Below are positions 17,364-28,727 of a DNA stretch of 64,000 bases, one piece after another. The position numbers and the translations under genes were made by a program. The stretch's first letter is position 1. Each line of letters opens with the position of its first letter. Location: the NCBI GenBank assembly GCA_943373185.1, contig CALSBN010000001.1, positions 1,027 to 65,026 of the forward strand, given 5' to 3'. The notes beneath the pieces are model-generated. The model was not told the DNA's origin. It searched no databases and was given only the letters and a program-made list of their open reading frames with translations. Origin of the DNA: Opitutus sp. GAS368. Lineage in GTDB: Bacteria > Verrucomicrobiota > Verrucomicrobiia > Opitutales > Opitutaceae.

Positions 17364-17556
17364 GGGGCAACGCTAGTGTGGGCTTGATCTGATGGCTTTT
17401 TCATCGGGCGTGAACATGGCCAACCGCCCTAGGTTCTGCTGCACGCTCATGAGGCGAGGGCTAATTGTAGGCGTATTGTCGGCTACGGCGTCTTGATTGA
17501 TGTTGGCACGCAAACCGGGACTTGCGACGGGCGGGGACCGCCGTAGGTTTTTTCGC

Positions 17557-17757
17557 ATGAGTAAAGCTGAAATTCTCGCTGAGTTGCCCAGATTATCCGT
17601 GGGCGAACGTGACGAGGTGAGGTGTCGGCTTGCGGAATTAGACGAAGAGAACGCCGATATGGTGGCGCTGGCCCGCGCTGAGGAGTTGGCCTCGGGATCG
17701 GTGCAGCCGAAGACGCAGGCAGAAGTCTTTCGTAACGCGCGCGCTGCGCTCTCGTGA
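17557..17757 (+). CDS. putative addiction-module antitoxin (short helical 'addiction module component' type)
   Basis: ORF 17497..17757; ATG 17557 gives MSKAEILAELPRLSVGERDEVRCRLAELDEEN. Its stop overlaps the toxin start (GTGA at 17754-17757). Confidence 0.6.
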   Translation: MSKAEILAELPRLSVGERDEVRCRLAELDEENADMVALARAEELASGSVQPKTQAEVFRNARAALS

Positions 17758-18047
17758 AACGTTGGTTTCACCCGGCGTTCGAACTCGAGCTGATTGAGGC
17801 GGCGCGTTACCTTGAGCAGCAGCGCAGTGATTTTGGCCGGCAGTTTCTCGACGAAGTCGAAGCGGGGATTGAAACCATCATGCACGCGCCGGCAACGTGG
17901 CGGCCTTGGCGTGAGGACATCCGGCGTTTCGTGCTTTCCCGATTCCGCTACACGATTCGCTACCGCCTACGCCGCGACGAAGCCTTGGTGGAATTTCTGA
18001 GTGTGATCCACTCCTCGCGTCATCCTGACGCGGGTATGGACCGCTAA
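17754..18047 (+). CDS. ParE/RelE-superfamily toxin
   Basis: 97 aa. AFELELIEAARYLEQQ...FRYTIRYRLRRDEALVEFLSVIHSSRHP matches the ParE-like pattern, and the gene is translationally coupled to the upstream small ORF. Confidence 0.7.
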   Translation: MKRWFHPAFELELIEAARYLEQQRSDFGRQFLDEVEAGIETIMHAPATWRPWREDIRRFVLSRFRYTIRYRLRRDEALVEFLSVIHSSRHPDAGMDR

Positions 18048-18098
18048 GCTCGGCGGCGACGAAGGGGTCGCGGCGCGAAGCCGCTCCTGCAGTTTAGC

Positions 18099-20990
<2,892 letters not shown>

Positions 20991-21097
20991 GGGGCGGAAC
21001 CGTAGAAGCGGAGAACATTCACGCAACCGTGATTTGGAGAAAGGCCGGGCAATTAGGGTTTGTTTTTGGCGTGGAAGCGCGGCTGTTTTGGCGCGAA

Positions 21098-21787
21098 ATG
21101 CCGCCGACCCGAAGCGCCGACGTAGCCAAACCGTTTTGCACGCGGGCGGAGCGCGCGGCGTTTGTGGACCGGAGGCTGGCGGAGCTTTATCCCGAGACGC
21201 CCGTGCCGCTCGACCACTCGGATGCCTATACGTTGCTCATCGCGGTGTTGTTGTCGGCCCAGTGCACGGACAAACGCGTAAATCTCGTGACGCCGGCGCT
21301 TTTCAAAATGGCCGACAACCCCGCCGCAATGGCGCGGCGATCGGTGGCGGAGATCGACGCAATCGTGCGTCCGTGCGGGCTCGCCCCGCGAAAAGCGCGG
21401 GCGATCCGGGACCTGTCGCGACTCTTGATCGAGCGTCACGGCGGAGAGGTGCCGCGGACGTTTGCGGAACTGGAGGCTTTGCCCGGGGTGGGGCACAAGA
21501 CGGCGAGCGTGGTGATGGCGCAGGCGTTCGGTGTGCCAGCGTTTCCGGTAGACACCCACATCCACCGGCTGGCCCAGCGGTGGAAACTAACGAACGGGAA
21601 AAACGTGGAGCAAACCGAGGCGGATTTGAAGAAGCTGTTTCCGCGCGAGCATTGGAACGCGTTGCACCTGCGGATCATATTTTATGGCCGGGAGCACTGT
21701 TCGGCGTTCGGCTGCGACGGGACGGTATGCGAGATTTGCCGGACAGTAGTGCCCGGACGGAAGCGCGCGGTCGTGACGAGGAAATAG
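21098..21787 (+). CDS. nth: endonuclease III
   Basis: ORF 21029..21787; ATG 21098 preferred because it leaves about 100 bp of divergent promoter with gcvP. Motifs [33 protein letters not shown], and a C-terminal Cys cluster [14 protein letters not shown]. Confidence 0.9.
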   Translation: MPPTRSADVAKPFCTRAERAAFVDRRLAELYPETPVPLDHSDAYTLLIAVLLSAQCTDKRVNLVTPALFKMADNPAAMARRSVAEIDAIVRPCGLAPRKARAIRDLSRLLIERHGGEVPRTFAELEALPGVGHKTASVVMAQAFGVPAFPVDTHIHRLAQRWKLTNGKNVEQTEADLKKLFPREHWNALHLRIIFYGREHCSAFGCDGTVCEICRTVVPGRKRAVVTRK

Positions 21788-21858
21788 CGGGAAAGCACCG
21801 ATTCGAAAACAGGATTGATTCGGCCGCAGCAGGGCTCCACGGTGCGCGCTCGGTTGAG

Positions 21859-21935
21859 GGACGCTTAGCTCAGTTGGTTAGAGCACCTGCTTCACACGCA
21901 GGGGGTCGGCGGTTCGAGTCCGTTAGCGTCCACCA
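21859..21935 (+). tRNA. tRNA-Val (anticodon CAC), CCA encoded
   Basis: GGACGCT-TA-GCTC-AGTTGGTTA-GAGC-A-CCTGC-TTCACAC-GCAGG-GGGTC-GGCGG-TTCGAGT-CCGTT-AGCGTCC-A-CCA. 7/7 acceptor pairs and a canonical D/T-loop. Confidence 0.9.
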
Positions 21936-22420
21936 TTTTTTGGCGATTTTTTCCTGAGGCTGACGCCGCCAACTGATGCTATAGTTTTTCGCGACTCGAC
22001 TTGGTTTAGGCCGGCCCCGTTCGACCAAGGTGGTTCTCGGCATTCGAGGATGAACCGCGAGGTTCAAGTTTCGATTGTCGACCGCAGGTTTAATCGAGGG
22101 GTTATGACAGGAACGGATAACTGGCTTCGGCGCTTGGTCGGCGTTTTGCAGCAGCCATTTATGGGCGGGGCTCGTGGTGTTCGGCAAAACCCTCTCTTGG
22201 CGGCTGGTGCGGTTTTGGCCCAGCACACAAGGTAAACTCGAACCAGCGGTATCGGCCGCCGTCCAGTATGCTTCGGTTTTCGGTCAGCATAGCCTCAGCG
22301 AGGTAAAAGTTAGTCGTCAATTGACTCACGCAGGGCTCGCCGTTTTACTCAAACAATCATGTCGTCCCAAGCTGAGGATTTCTCCCGTTCCCTTTTAGGC
22401 CAACGCCCGCTGCATTTTTT

Positions 22421-23365
22421 ATGATCAAACCAATTGTCGGTTTTCATCGGTTGTTTCTTTTGTGGGTAGCAGCCAGTGTCGGACTCGCTTCGGGAGTTTT
22501 CGGGCAAACGATATTGGTCTCCTATTCCAACAACGGGGTGATCCAGAAGTTTTCCCCGGCGGGAACAGATTTGGGCTCATTCACGAGCACGGTTCTTTAT
22601 AATCCCACGGGCATAGCGTTTGACAGCAGTGGCAACGTTTACGTGGCCAATTCGGGTGCCAACTCCATCCAGAAGCTGTCGCCGACGGGCGCCGATCTTG
22701 GGATTTTTGCCAGCACGGGCATGAATCAGCCGCACGGGCTGGTATTCGATTCGAGCGGAAACCTCTACGTGGCCAACGCCGGCTCGAATACGATCGCGAA
22801 GTTTTCTAGCGGGGGTGGGCTGGACGCGACCTTTTCCACCGGCTTGAGCAGCCCGTATGGCTTGGCGATCAACGCGGGTGTTTTGTTTGCGGTCAATTCG
22901 GGCGGCGGTGGGAGCATTCAGAAGTTTTCACTTGCCGGAGCCGATGCCGGGTCCATCACGTCGGCGTTTTTGAATGGTCCGACGGGCTTGGCCTTCGGAA
23001 ATGACGGTAACCTTTACGTCGCCAATTCAGGCAACGGATTCATCCACAAGTTTTCGCCGTCGGGAACCTATGTCGGGCAGTTCGCCGAAACCGGTCTGGG
23101 GAGCTTGGGCGGAATTTCGTTTGATATGGCCCAAAATATTTATGTCACGTCCGACACCAACGATTCGACGGGGAAGTATTCTTTTGCGGGAGCCAATCTT
23201 GGGCAACTGACTTCGGCCGGAAATGCGGGTCCGCGGTTCGTGGTTAATAGCGCGATCCCGGAGCCTGGAACGACGGCGGCAATTTTTGGCGGACTGGCGG
23301 CCATCTTCGCCTTCTTCTATCGGGGCCGGCGGATTTCAAAACGTCGTCTTCGGGCCAAGATTTGA
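22421..23365 (+). CDS. NHL-repeat beta-propeller protein with C-terminal PEP-CTERM sorting signal
   Basis: Signal peptide LFLLWVAASVGLASGVFG. Repeats SGNVYVANSGANSIQKLSP, SGNLYVANAGSNTIAKFS, DGNLYVANSGNGFIHKFSP. C-terminus IPEPGTTAAIFGGLAAIFAFFYRGRRISKRR. Confidence 0.85.
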   Translation: MIKPIVGFHRLFLLWVAASVGLASGVFGQTILVSYSNNGVIQKFSPAGTDLGSFTSTVLYNPTGIAFDSSGNVYVANSGANSIQKLSPTGADLGIFASTGMNQPHGLVFDSSGNLYVANAGSNTIAKFSSGGGLDATFSTGLSSPYGLAINAGVLFAVNSGGGGSIQKFSLAGADAGSITSAFLNGPTGLAFGNDGNLYVANSGNGFIHKFSPSGTYVGQFAETGLGSLGGISFDMAQNIYVTSDTNDSTGKYSFAGANLGQLTSAGNAGPRFVVNSAIPEPGTTAAIFGGLAAIFAFFYRGRRISKRRLRAKI

Positions 23366-23444
23366 CCGAGCTGGTCCGCAATCTGGGGCGCGAGGCAGTC
23401 GACATTGGGTTTGGTTCTTTGCCCGAGGTAGAAACGCCTTCGGG

Positions 23445-26400
23445 CTAGAAGCTCATCAAGGTGATCCGGTAGGCGGCCGAAGCGGGATCGATGGCCGCGG
23501 TGGTCACGTTGGAGGCCCGCACGGTGACGGTGTTCGGTGCGGTCACAATTGCCCGGAGCACGATGCCGGCAGGGATGAATGAGCCGCTGGCCTCCACGAT
23601 GTTCACGGAGTCGCCCAAATTGGCGCCGGTCAGGGTCACGGCGAGATCCTGAATGCCACCGTTTGCGCCGACCGATGGGAAGTCCAACACGGAGATGACC
23701 GTGAGAATCAGATCGAGCGCCGCGCCGTTGCCGACACTCAGCGTCTTGGTGCTGGTGCGGCCGTTGACTCCGATGCCGCCGCCAAAGGTGGCGCTTCCCG
23801 TGGTTTGAGAAATCGACGCCGTGGTGGCTGTGACGTTGAGCGGCACGCCTTGCAAGGTTGCCGCGTTGGTCCCGAGGGTGAGGAAATTGGTGTTGGCGAT
23901 GCGAAGATTGACCGTGCCCCCGCTCGGGCCGTTGAGGATGGTGGCGGTGGAACTTCCTGAAAGCGCGGCGTTGCTAGCGGTGGGTGCGCCGCCATCACGA
24001 AACCAGATGCCCGGGACATCGGTCACGGCCGTGCCGCTGAGTCGCACCGTGGCCGCGGTCGAGCCCGTGGGCATGAGCACCAGATCGTCGCCGAGGGAGG
24101 TTCGCTTCTGAACGGCAATTCCGCCGCCGACCACGAGCGCTCCGGTGGAGGTTGACGTGGAGTTGGCCGTGGCGTCGACGGTGAGCGTTCCGGCAGTGCT
24201 GACCGGACCGGCGAGAACAACGACGCCGGAGCCGGAAGGCGTGAGGGAGATGTTTTGGTTGGTGCCGCCTGCCGTGAGGGCGAGCGAGCCCGAGGCCCCT
24301 GTGAGCACTCCGCCGCCGGAGAGATTGAGGGAACCGCCGAGGAATTGATCGCCGGCTAGACCGAAGCCGCCCGCCACGACCAACGCGCCGGTCGAGGTCG
24401 AGGTGCTGCCGGTGGTCGCGGACGTGCTGATCGCGCCTCCGGCAGCGAAGGCGGCGGGTGTGCCAAGCATGCCGGTGCCGCTGGGCGCGAGCGTGATGCT
24501 CTGATTGCTTCCGCCTGCGTTCAAATTCAAACTGCCGGCAGAGCCGGTGAGCGTTCCACCCCCGGGGAGAGTCAATGTGCCGTTGAGGGTTTGGTTGCCT
24601 GAAAACGTGGAAGGCCCGCCGAAAACTACCCGGCCGGCGCCGCTGGGAGTGAGGACAATATCCCGGTCAAGACCGCCCGCTGTAAAGGCAAGTGCGCCGG
24701 CGGAGCCGCCGACGATCCCGCCGCCGGGCATGTTTAGCGAGCCGCCAAGGAATTGACTGCCGGCAACGACGAATTGCCCCCCGAGGTGAAGGTTGCCCCC
24801 GATGCCCGCGCCCCCGGCCACCCGCAGGGTGCCGGTGCCGGTGCTGGTTGCGGCGGTCGTTCCGCTAAGGGTCAGCACGCCGGTGCCGTTGAGCGTCATC
24901 CACTCTTCACCCAAGGTATTCACTGCATTTCCCGTCCGGAAACGAATCATTGAGCCGTCGCTTAATTTGGTATGGATAGAGATTTCTGCATGGTATCCAG
25001 AGGGGTCGACGAACGTTCCCGTGATTGGATTGCGGTTTCCCGCGAGTTGGATGTCGCGCCCGCCTGATGAGTGCAGGAAGCCAATAAGTGCAGAGGTGGA
25101 ATTACCGCCAAAAGAGAGTTGTGGGTTGCCGCTATTATGACTCACGAGCCCGCCAGCGGAAGTGATCGCGCCATTCGCAAAGACGTTGCCGGCACCGCCG
25201 ACGGCGAAGTTCGAATTGACGATGAGTGCTCCCGTGGCGGCGTCGGTGCTTGCGGTTTGGCTGTAGAAACGAGCGGATCGGTCGCCGCTGAGAATAAGAC
25301 TGTCGCGATCCATGCCATTGATATCGGTCGTCAGGAATGTGATCGGTTTAAGACTTCCGGTGCCCGAAAATAACTGTAGCCCTCCGGTCCCACCCCGTAA
25401 GTTTCCGTCCGCGAGCGTCAGGGTATTGGATATCTCAGCGGCCCCCCCCCAGAAAAGCTGAGGTGTCGTAGGGACAAAATTGAGAAAGAACCCGGTTTCC
25501 CCGAATGCACCGCCAGGCAGAATGGTGAATTTGTTGGCTGCAAACGAGGTTTGGGTAAAACCAGCCGGTAGTGCGGCATCGTAGCCCGGTCCCCAACTAC
25601 TGTTGATTTGGAATGGTCGGTTCGAGCCGACTTCGCCTGGCATCACCCCCGACCAAGCGTAGTAGAATTCTGTAGAATAGTTCCCTGCGTCGTCCTTAAA
25701 TGCATGTTCAAACGCCAGGCCGAAAGAAACATCGCCCGGAGCCTTTTGAGTATTGTAAATTATCCCGGATGAGTGGTCCATCACTCCGTTGAAGAGCGTC
25801 GACCCGGTCCTGATAGCGTAACGATTCCCACCGCCCCACCGAAGTGGCGCGACAAAATAGGTTTCAGGTAGATTCGATACCAGGTCGACATAGCCTTCTT
25901 GGTAAAATCCGGGGGCACCCTGGCCTGGAATGAGTTTGATGACTCCATTAACTCCGTTTTCGACAATTATTTTCGCACCTCCGTTTCCTCCCCCATCTCC
26001 CGTTAAGGTTAAATGCGTATCTGCTGGCGCCGAAAGTATAGAGGTTATGGGGGCAATCAGGGTTTTCCCGGATAAAATTTGATTGCCGCTGGTGAGAACC
26101 ACCGTGGTCGGGAAATTCACGTTTGCGGCGCTCAGATCCACCGTGCTCCCGGCGGCGGCGGTGAAGGTAGCTCCGCTTTGCAGGGTGAGGGTTGAGCCTG
26201 CAAGCAATCGGTTGTCGGGGCCGTCCAGCTTCAAATCCTTGAGCGTGAGTGAATCGGGCAGGGCAACGGTCGCGTGAAACAAATCAATTACACTCCCGCT
26301 CGCCGCCGTGAAGGTGCCACCGCTCAGGACGGTCAGTTCAGCCGCGGACGCGATTTGGTTGTTCGTCCCGGCGAGTTGAATGTCCGTATAAACGGTCTGG

Positions 26401-26459
26401 GCGCGGGTGAGGGGCAGAGCAAAAATGCCGAGGCCCAAGACGATCAAGGAAAGTCTCAA
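23445..26459 (-). CDS. ~1000-aa secreted repetitive beta-helix/fibre-like surface protein
   Basis: ORF 23445..26735. Preferred start is TTG at comp. 26457-26459 with GGAG 7 nt upstream, giving (M)RLSLIVLGLGIFALPLTRA|QT; the alternative ATG is at 26576. Gly/Thr/Ser/Ala-rich with reiterated units GGxLxLxGGGxLTGxxGSLxLxAGGxNQxIxLxPSGxG and STSTGALVV(A/G)GG. The protein ends with Phe. Confidence 0.75.
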   Translation of the reverse strand: MRLSLIVLGLGIFALPLTRAQTVYTDIQLAGTNNQIASAAELTVLSGGTFTAASGSVIDLFHATVALPDSLTLKDLKLDGPDNRLLAGSTLTLQSGATFTAAAGSTVDLSAANVNFPTTVVLTSGNQILSGKTLIAPITSILSAPADTHLTLTGDGGGNGGAKIIVENGVNGVIKLIPGQGAPGFYQEGYVDLVSNLPETYFVAPLRWGGGNRYAIRTGSTLFNGVMDHSSGIIYNTQKAPGDVSFGLAFEHAFKDDAGNYSTEFYYAWSGVMPGEVGSNRPFQINSSWGPGYDAALPAGFTQTSFAANKFTILPGGAFGETGFFLNFVPTTPQLFWGGAAEISNTLTLADGNLRGGTGGLQLFSGTGSLKPITFLTTDINGMDRDSLILSGDRSARFYSQTASTDAATGALIVNSNFAVGGAGNVFANGAITSAGGLVSHNSGNPQLSFGGNSTSALIGFLHSSGGRDIQLAGNRNPITGTFVDPSGYHAEISIHTKLSDGSMIRFRTGNAVNTLGEEWMTLNGTGVLTLSGTTAATSTGTGTLRVAGGAGIGGNLHLGGQFVVAGSQFLGGSLNMPGGGIVGGSAGALAFTAGGLDRDIVLTPSGAGRVVFGGPSTFSGNQTLNGTLTLPGGGTLTGSAGSLNLNAGGSNQSITLAPSGTGMLGTPAAFAAGGAISTSATTGSTSTSTGALVVAGGFGLAGDQFLGGSLNLSGGGVLTGASGSLALTAGGTNQNISLTPSGSGVVVLAGPVSTAGTLTVDATANSTSTSTGALVVGGGIAVQKRTSLGDDLVLMPTGSTAATVRLSGTAVTDVPGIWFRDGGAPTASNAALSGSSTATILNGPSGGTVNLRIANTNFLTLGTNAATLQGVPLNVTATTASISQTTGSATFGGGIGVNGRTSTKTLSVGNGAALDLILTVISVLDFPSVGANGGIQDLAVTLTGANLGDSVNIVEASGSFIPAGIVLRAIVTAPNTVTVRASNVTTAAIDPASAAYRITLMSF

Positions 26460-26777
26460 TCTATCACTCCGGTTGGGGCGCTGGCGCGTCCAATCGGAAA
26501 TAGGCACAGGGCTACAGGAGTTTAGACCCGATTGCCTCGGGAAGAATTTGATGGAACGGGCGAAAACAAAAATCATCTGGAATAGGTGCTGCAGTGGGTG
26601 ATTTTTTTCGAGGAATGCCAATTTATTTGCAATAAAGCAGCAACTTGAAGTCTGGGTGAAAAACGAAGCTTGGTGACTCCAAACGGAACGGCGCACATCG
26701 GACCCGAAATTTCCCTTTGTGATCCTGAAGTTCATTTAGGATTGAACAAAAGAACGGGTCAAGTTGGTCTGGGGGGC

Positions 26778-27302
26778 ATGTCTAAATCAACCGCTGCTTT
26801 GGTCCGGGCCGGCGGTCGTGCGGTCGATGTGGTGGATTTCGAAGCGGCGGTCGTGGATTTTTTCGTCGATACGGCGGAGGTGATCGGCCTGCCCAAATCT
26901 GTCGCCGCGATTTATGGGATCGTTTTTGCCGCGCCTGCTCCGCTAAGCTTCGCCGAAATCAGTGAGCGGTTGCATTTGAGCAAGGGCTCGGTGAGCCAAG
27001 GTTTGAAGGTGTTGCGGGAAATCGGTGCACTGAAGGAAGTATCGGCGTCGGTCGATCGATCCGAACGCTTCGCCCCGGACTTGGAACTACGGGCCTTGGT
27101 GACCGGATTTCTGAGGGCCAAGGTTCAACCCCACTTGAAGGAGGGCGGTGGTCGTCTTCAGGCCCTGAGAGCCAAGGCCGAGAAAGTTGATTCCCTCCCC
27201 CTCGAACACTGTCGGGCACTCCGGGGTCGCATGGACAAGCTCGCGGCTTGGCATCGCAAAGGCCGCTCGGTGATTCCGCTGATCACGAAATTTTTCGGCT
27301 AG
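26778..27302 (+). CDS. GbsR/MarR-like winged-helix transcriptional regulator
   Basis: ORF 26670..27302; ATG 26778 (MSKSTAAL). FFVDTAEVIGLPKSVAAIYGIVFAAPAPLSFAEISERLHLSKGSVSQGLKVLREIGALKEV. Divergent from the giant surface-protein gene. Confidence 0.65.
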   Translation: MSKSTAALVRAGGRAVDVVDFEAAVVDFFVDTAEVIGLPKSVAAIYGIVFAAPAPLSFAEISERLHLSKGSVSQGLKVLREIGALKEVSASVDRSERFAPDLELRALVTGFLRAKVQPHLKEGGGRLQALRAKAEKVDSLPLEHCRALRGRMDKLAAWHRKGRSVIPLITKFFG

Positions 27303-27412
27303 TTTACCCCCGCCGCCAATGTGGCGTCGCCAGCCCAGTTTATTTTTCGCCGGTTGCGTTTTCCAGACGCGACGGGGCGAAGCTCGGCTGGAAAACAGCA
27401 GCTTATCTCAAT

Positions 27413-27524
27413 CGCCCGATGCATTTACCCGTAGGGCCGGACCTTGGTCCGCGCCGCGCTCGCTGGCCCGCGACGTAGGCATCGACCAAGGTCGAGCCCT
27501 ACAAAGATGCAAAGAAATCGGGCG
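27413..27524. repeat. long imperfect inverted repeat (about 29 paired positions, 34-nt loop) in the leader of the polysaccharide locus
   Basis: Left arm CGCCCGATGCATTTACCCGTAGGGCCGGACCTTGGTC (27413-27449). Right arm GACCAAGGTCGAGCCCTACAAAGATGCAAAGAAATCGGGCG (27484-27524). Paired blocks are CGCCCGAT, GCAT, GTAGGGC and GACCTTGGTC. Confidence 0.5.
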
Positions 27525-27683
27525 ATTGGTATTTGAGCTTAGAACTGAGAGTCGAGTGCTGAAAGTCCGATCCTCGGAGCGCAAGCGGGAGCGAGTTTGC
27601 CGGGCGGCGGTGGGAACCGTTGGGCCTCGCGCGCACGGCTTGGGTGGAGCGGTTCGACGTTGTGAGGCAGGGTCAGTCTAGAT

Positions 27684-28727
27684 ATGGACAAAAATGCTCA
27701 TGGCCGTGACGCCCGCCTCAGACCGGCGCGAATCTCGATCGTGCTTCCGACATATAACGGAGCCCGGTTCCTGCGGGAGGCGTTGGATTCGATTGCCGCG
27801 CAAAGTGTCTTCGACTGGGAATTGATTTTGGGGGACGACGGATCCTCCGACGAAACGGTGGCGGTAGCGGAATCTTGGGCGCGCAGCGACCCGAGGGTTC
27901 GACTCATCCGGCACCCGCGGCGTTTGGGGATTTTTGGAAACTTGAACGCGCTGTTTGCGGAGGCCCGGGCTCCATTGGTGAAAATTTACTGCCAAGACGA
28001 TGTCATGCAACCCACCTGCTTGGAGCGGCAGGCGGCATTTATGGAACGGCGGCCGGGGATTGGCTTTTCGCGCGTGCTGCAGACGAAGGGCGAAACGGCT
28101 TCCTTTGCGGAGCAAGATGCGGGCTTGCTGGGGCTGCCCGAGGTGATCCCACCGGAAGCCGCCGCTTTGGTGTTTTTTCTGCACGGCAATGTGCCGGGGA
28201 ACCTCTCCAATGTCATGGTGCGCCGGGCTGCTTGGGCCGAGGCTGGGGGATTCCGCGAGGACTTGCCGTATGCCGGTGACATGGAATTTTGGTTTCGGCT
28301 CGGCCGGACGGCGCCTTTCGGGATCGTGCCTGAGCGCCTCAACTACGTGCGGTCGCACGACGGCCAAGCCTCCGTGCATTTGAACCTCAAGAACGAACTG
28401 GTGCGGGAGGGCGACGTCGTGCTGAGTGCCATCTACCAAGCCTTGCCCGCTCACACGCGGGCCCGGGCGGCAACGCGGCTCTGGGGTTCGGCGAATTTTC
28501 TCGTGCAGGCCCTGCACCGGGGCGTGCGACTGCTATTGGTCGGGCGCGACCCGGGCCTGCGGTGGCTTTGGCGGCGGCGTGACTATGCGTTTGGCCTAGG
28601 GCCGACCCTGCTGCTTTACGTGTGCACCGGCAACCGGCGTTGGGGGCTGGCCGCACTGCAAGCCGCGATGAAGCACGACCTGCAAAGCGTCCTCGCCGCT
28701 CAGCCCACGGCTGGCGCTCCACCATGA
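27684..28727 (+). CDS. glycosyltransferase family 2
   Basis: ISIVLPTYNGARFLREALDSIAAQSVFDWELILGDDGSSDET, and QDD in YCQDDVM. Confidence 0.85.
   Translation: MDKNAHGRDARLRPARISIVLPTYNGARFLREALDSIAAQSVFDWELILGDDGSSDETVAVAESWARSDPRVRLIRHPRRLGIFGNLNALFAEARAPLVKIYCQDDVMQPTCLERQAAFMERRPGIGFSRVLQTKGETASFAEQDAGLLGLPEVIPPEAAALVFFLHGNVPGNLSNVMVRRAAWAEAGGFREDLPYAGDMEFWFRLGRTAPFGIVPERLNYVRSHDGQASVHLNLKNELVREGDVVLSAIYQALPAHTRARAATRLWGSANFLVQALHRGVRLLLVGRDPGLRWLWRRRDYAFGLGPTLLLYVCTGNRRWGLAALQAAMKHDLQSVLAAQPTAGAPP

Noticed and set aside
20991-21097. Glycine riboswitch in the gcvP leader
   Set aside because: The leader is only about 100 nt. I could not find the conserved glycine-aptamer elements (paired GGAGAG ... 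CACCG ... CUCAGGC-type cores). Not supported.
21936-22420. Integrase remnant or attachment site downstream of tRNA-Val
   Set aside because: No reading frame shows integrase-like motifs. The 118-aa minus ORF (21870-22226) is the usual antisense-of-tRNA artefact (...LTDSNRRPPACEAGALTN). I saw no repeat of the tRNA 3' end elsewhere.
27595-27625. JUMPstart/ops antitermination element upstream of the EPS operon (GGCGGTGG at about 27607)
   Set aside because: It differs from the ops consensus GGCGGTAG, and such a G-rich octamer is expected by chance in this GC-rich DNA. There is no evidence of an RfaH-type system here.
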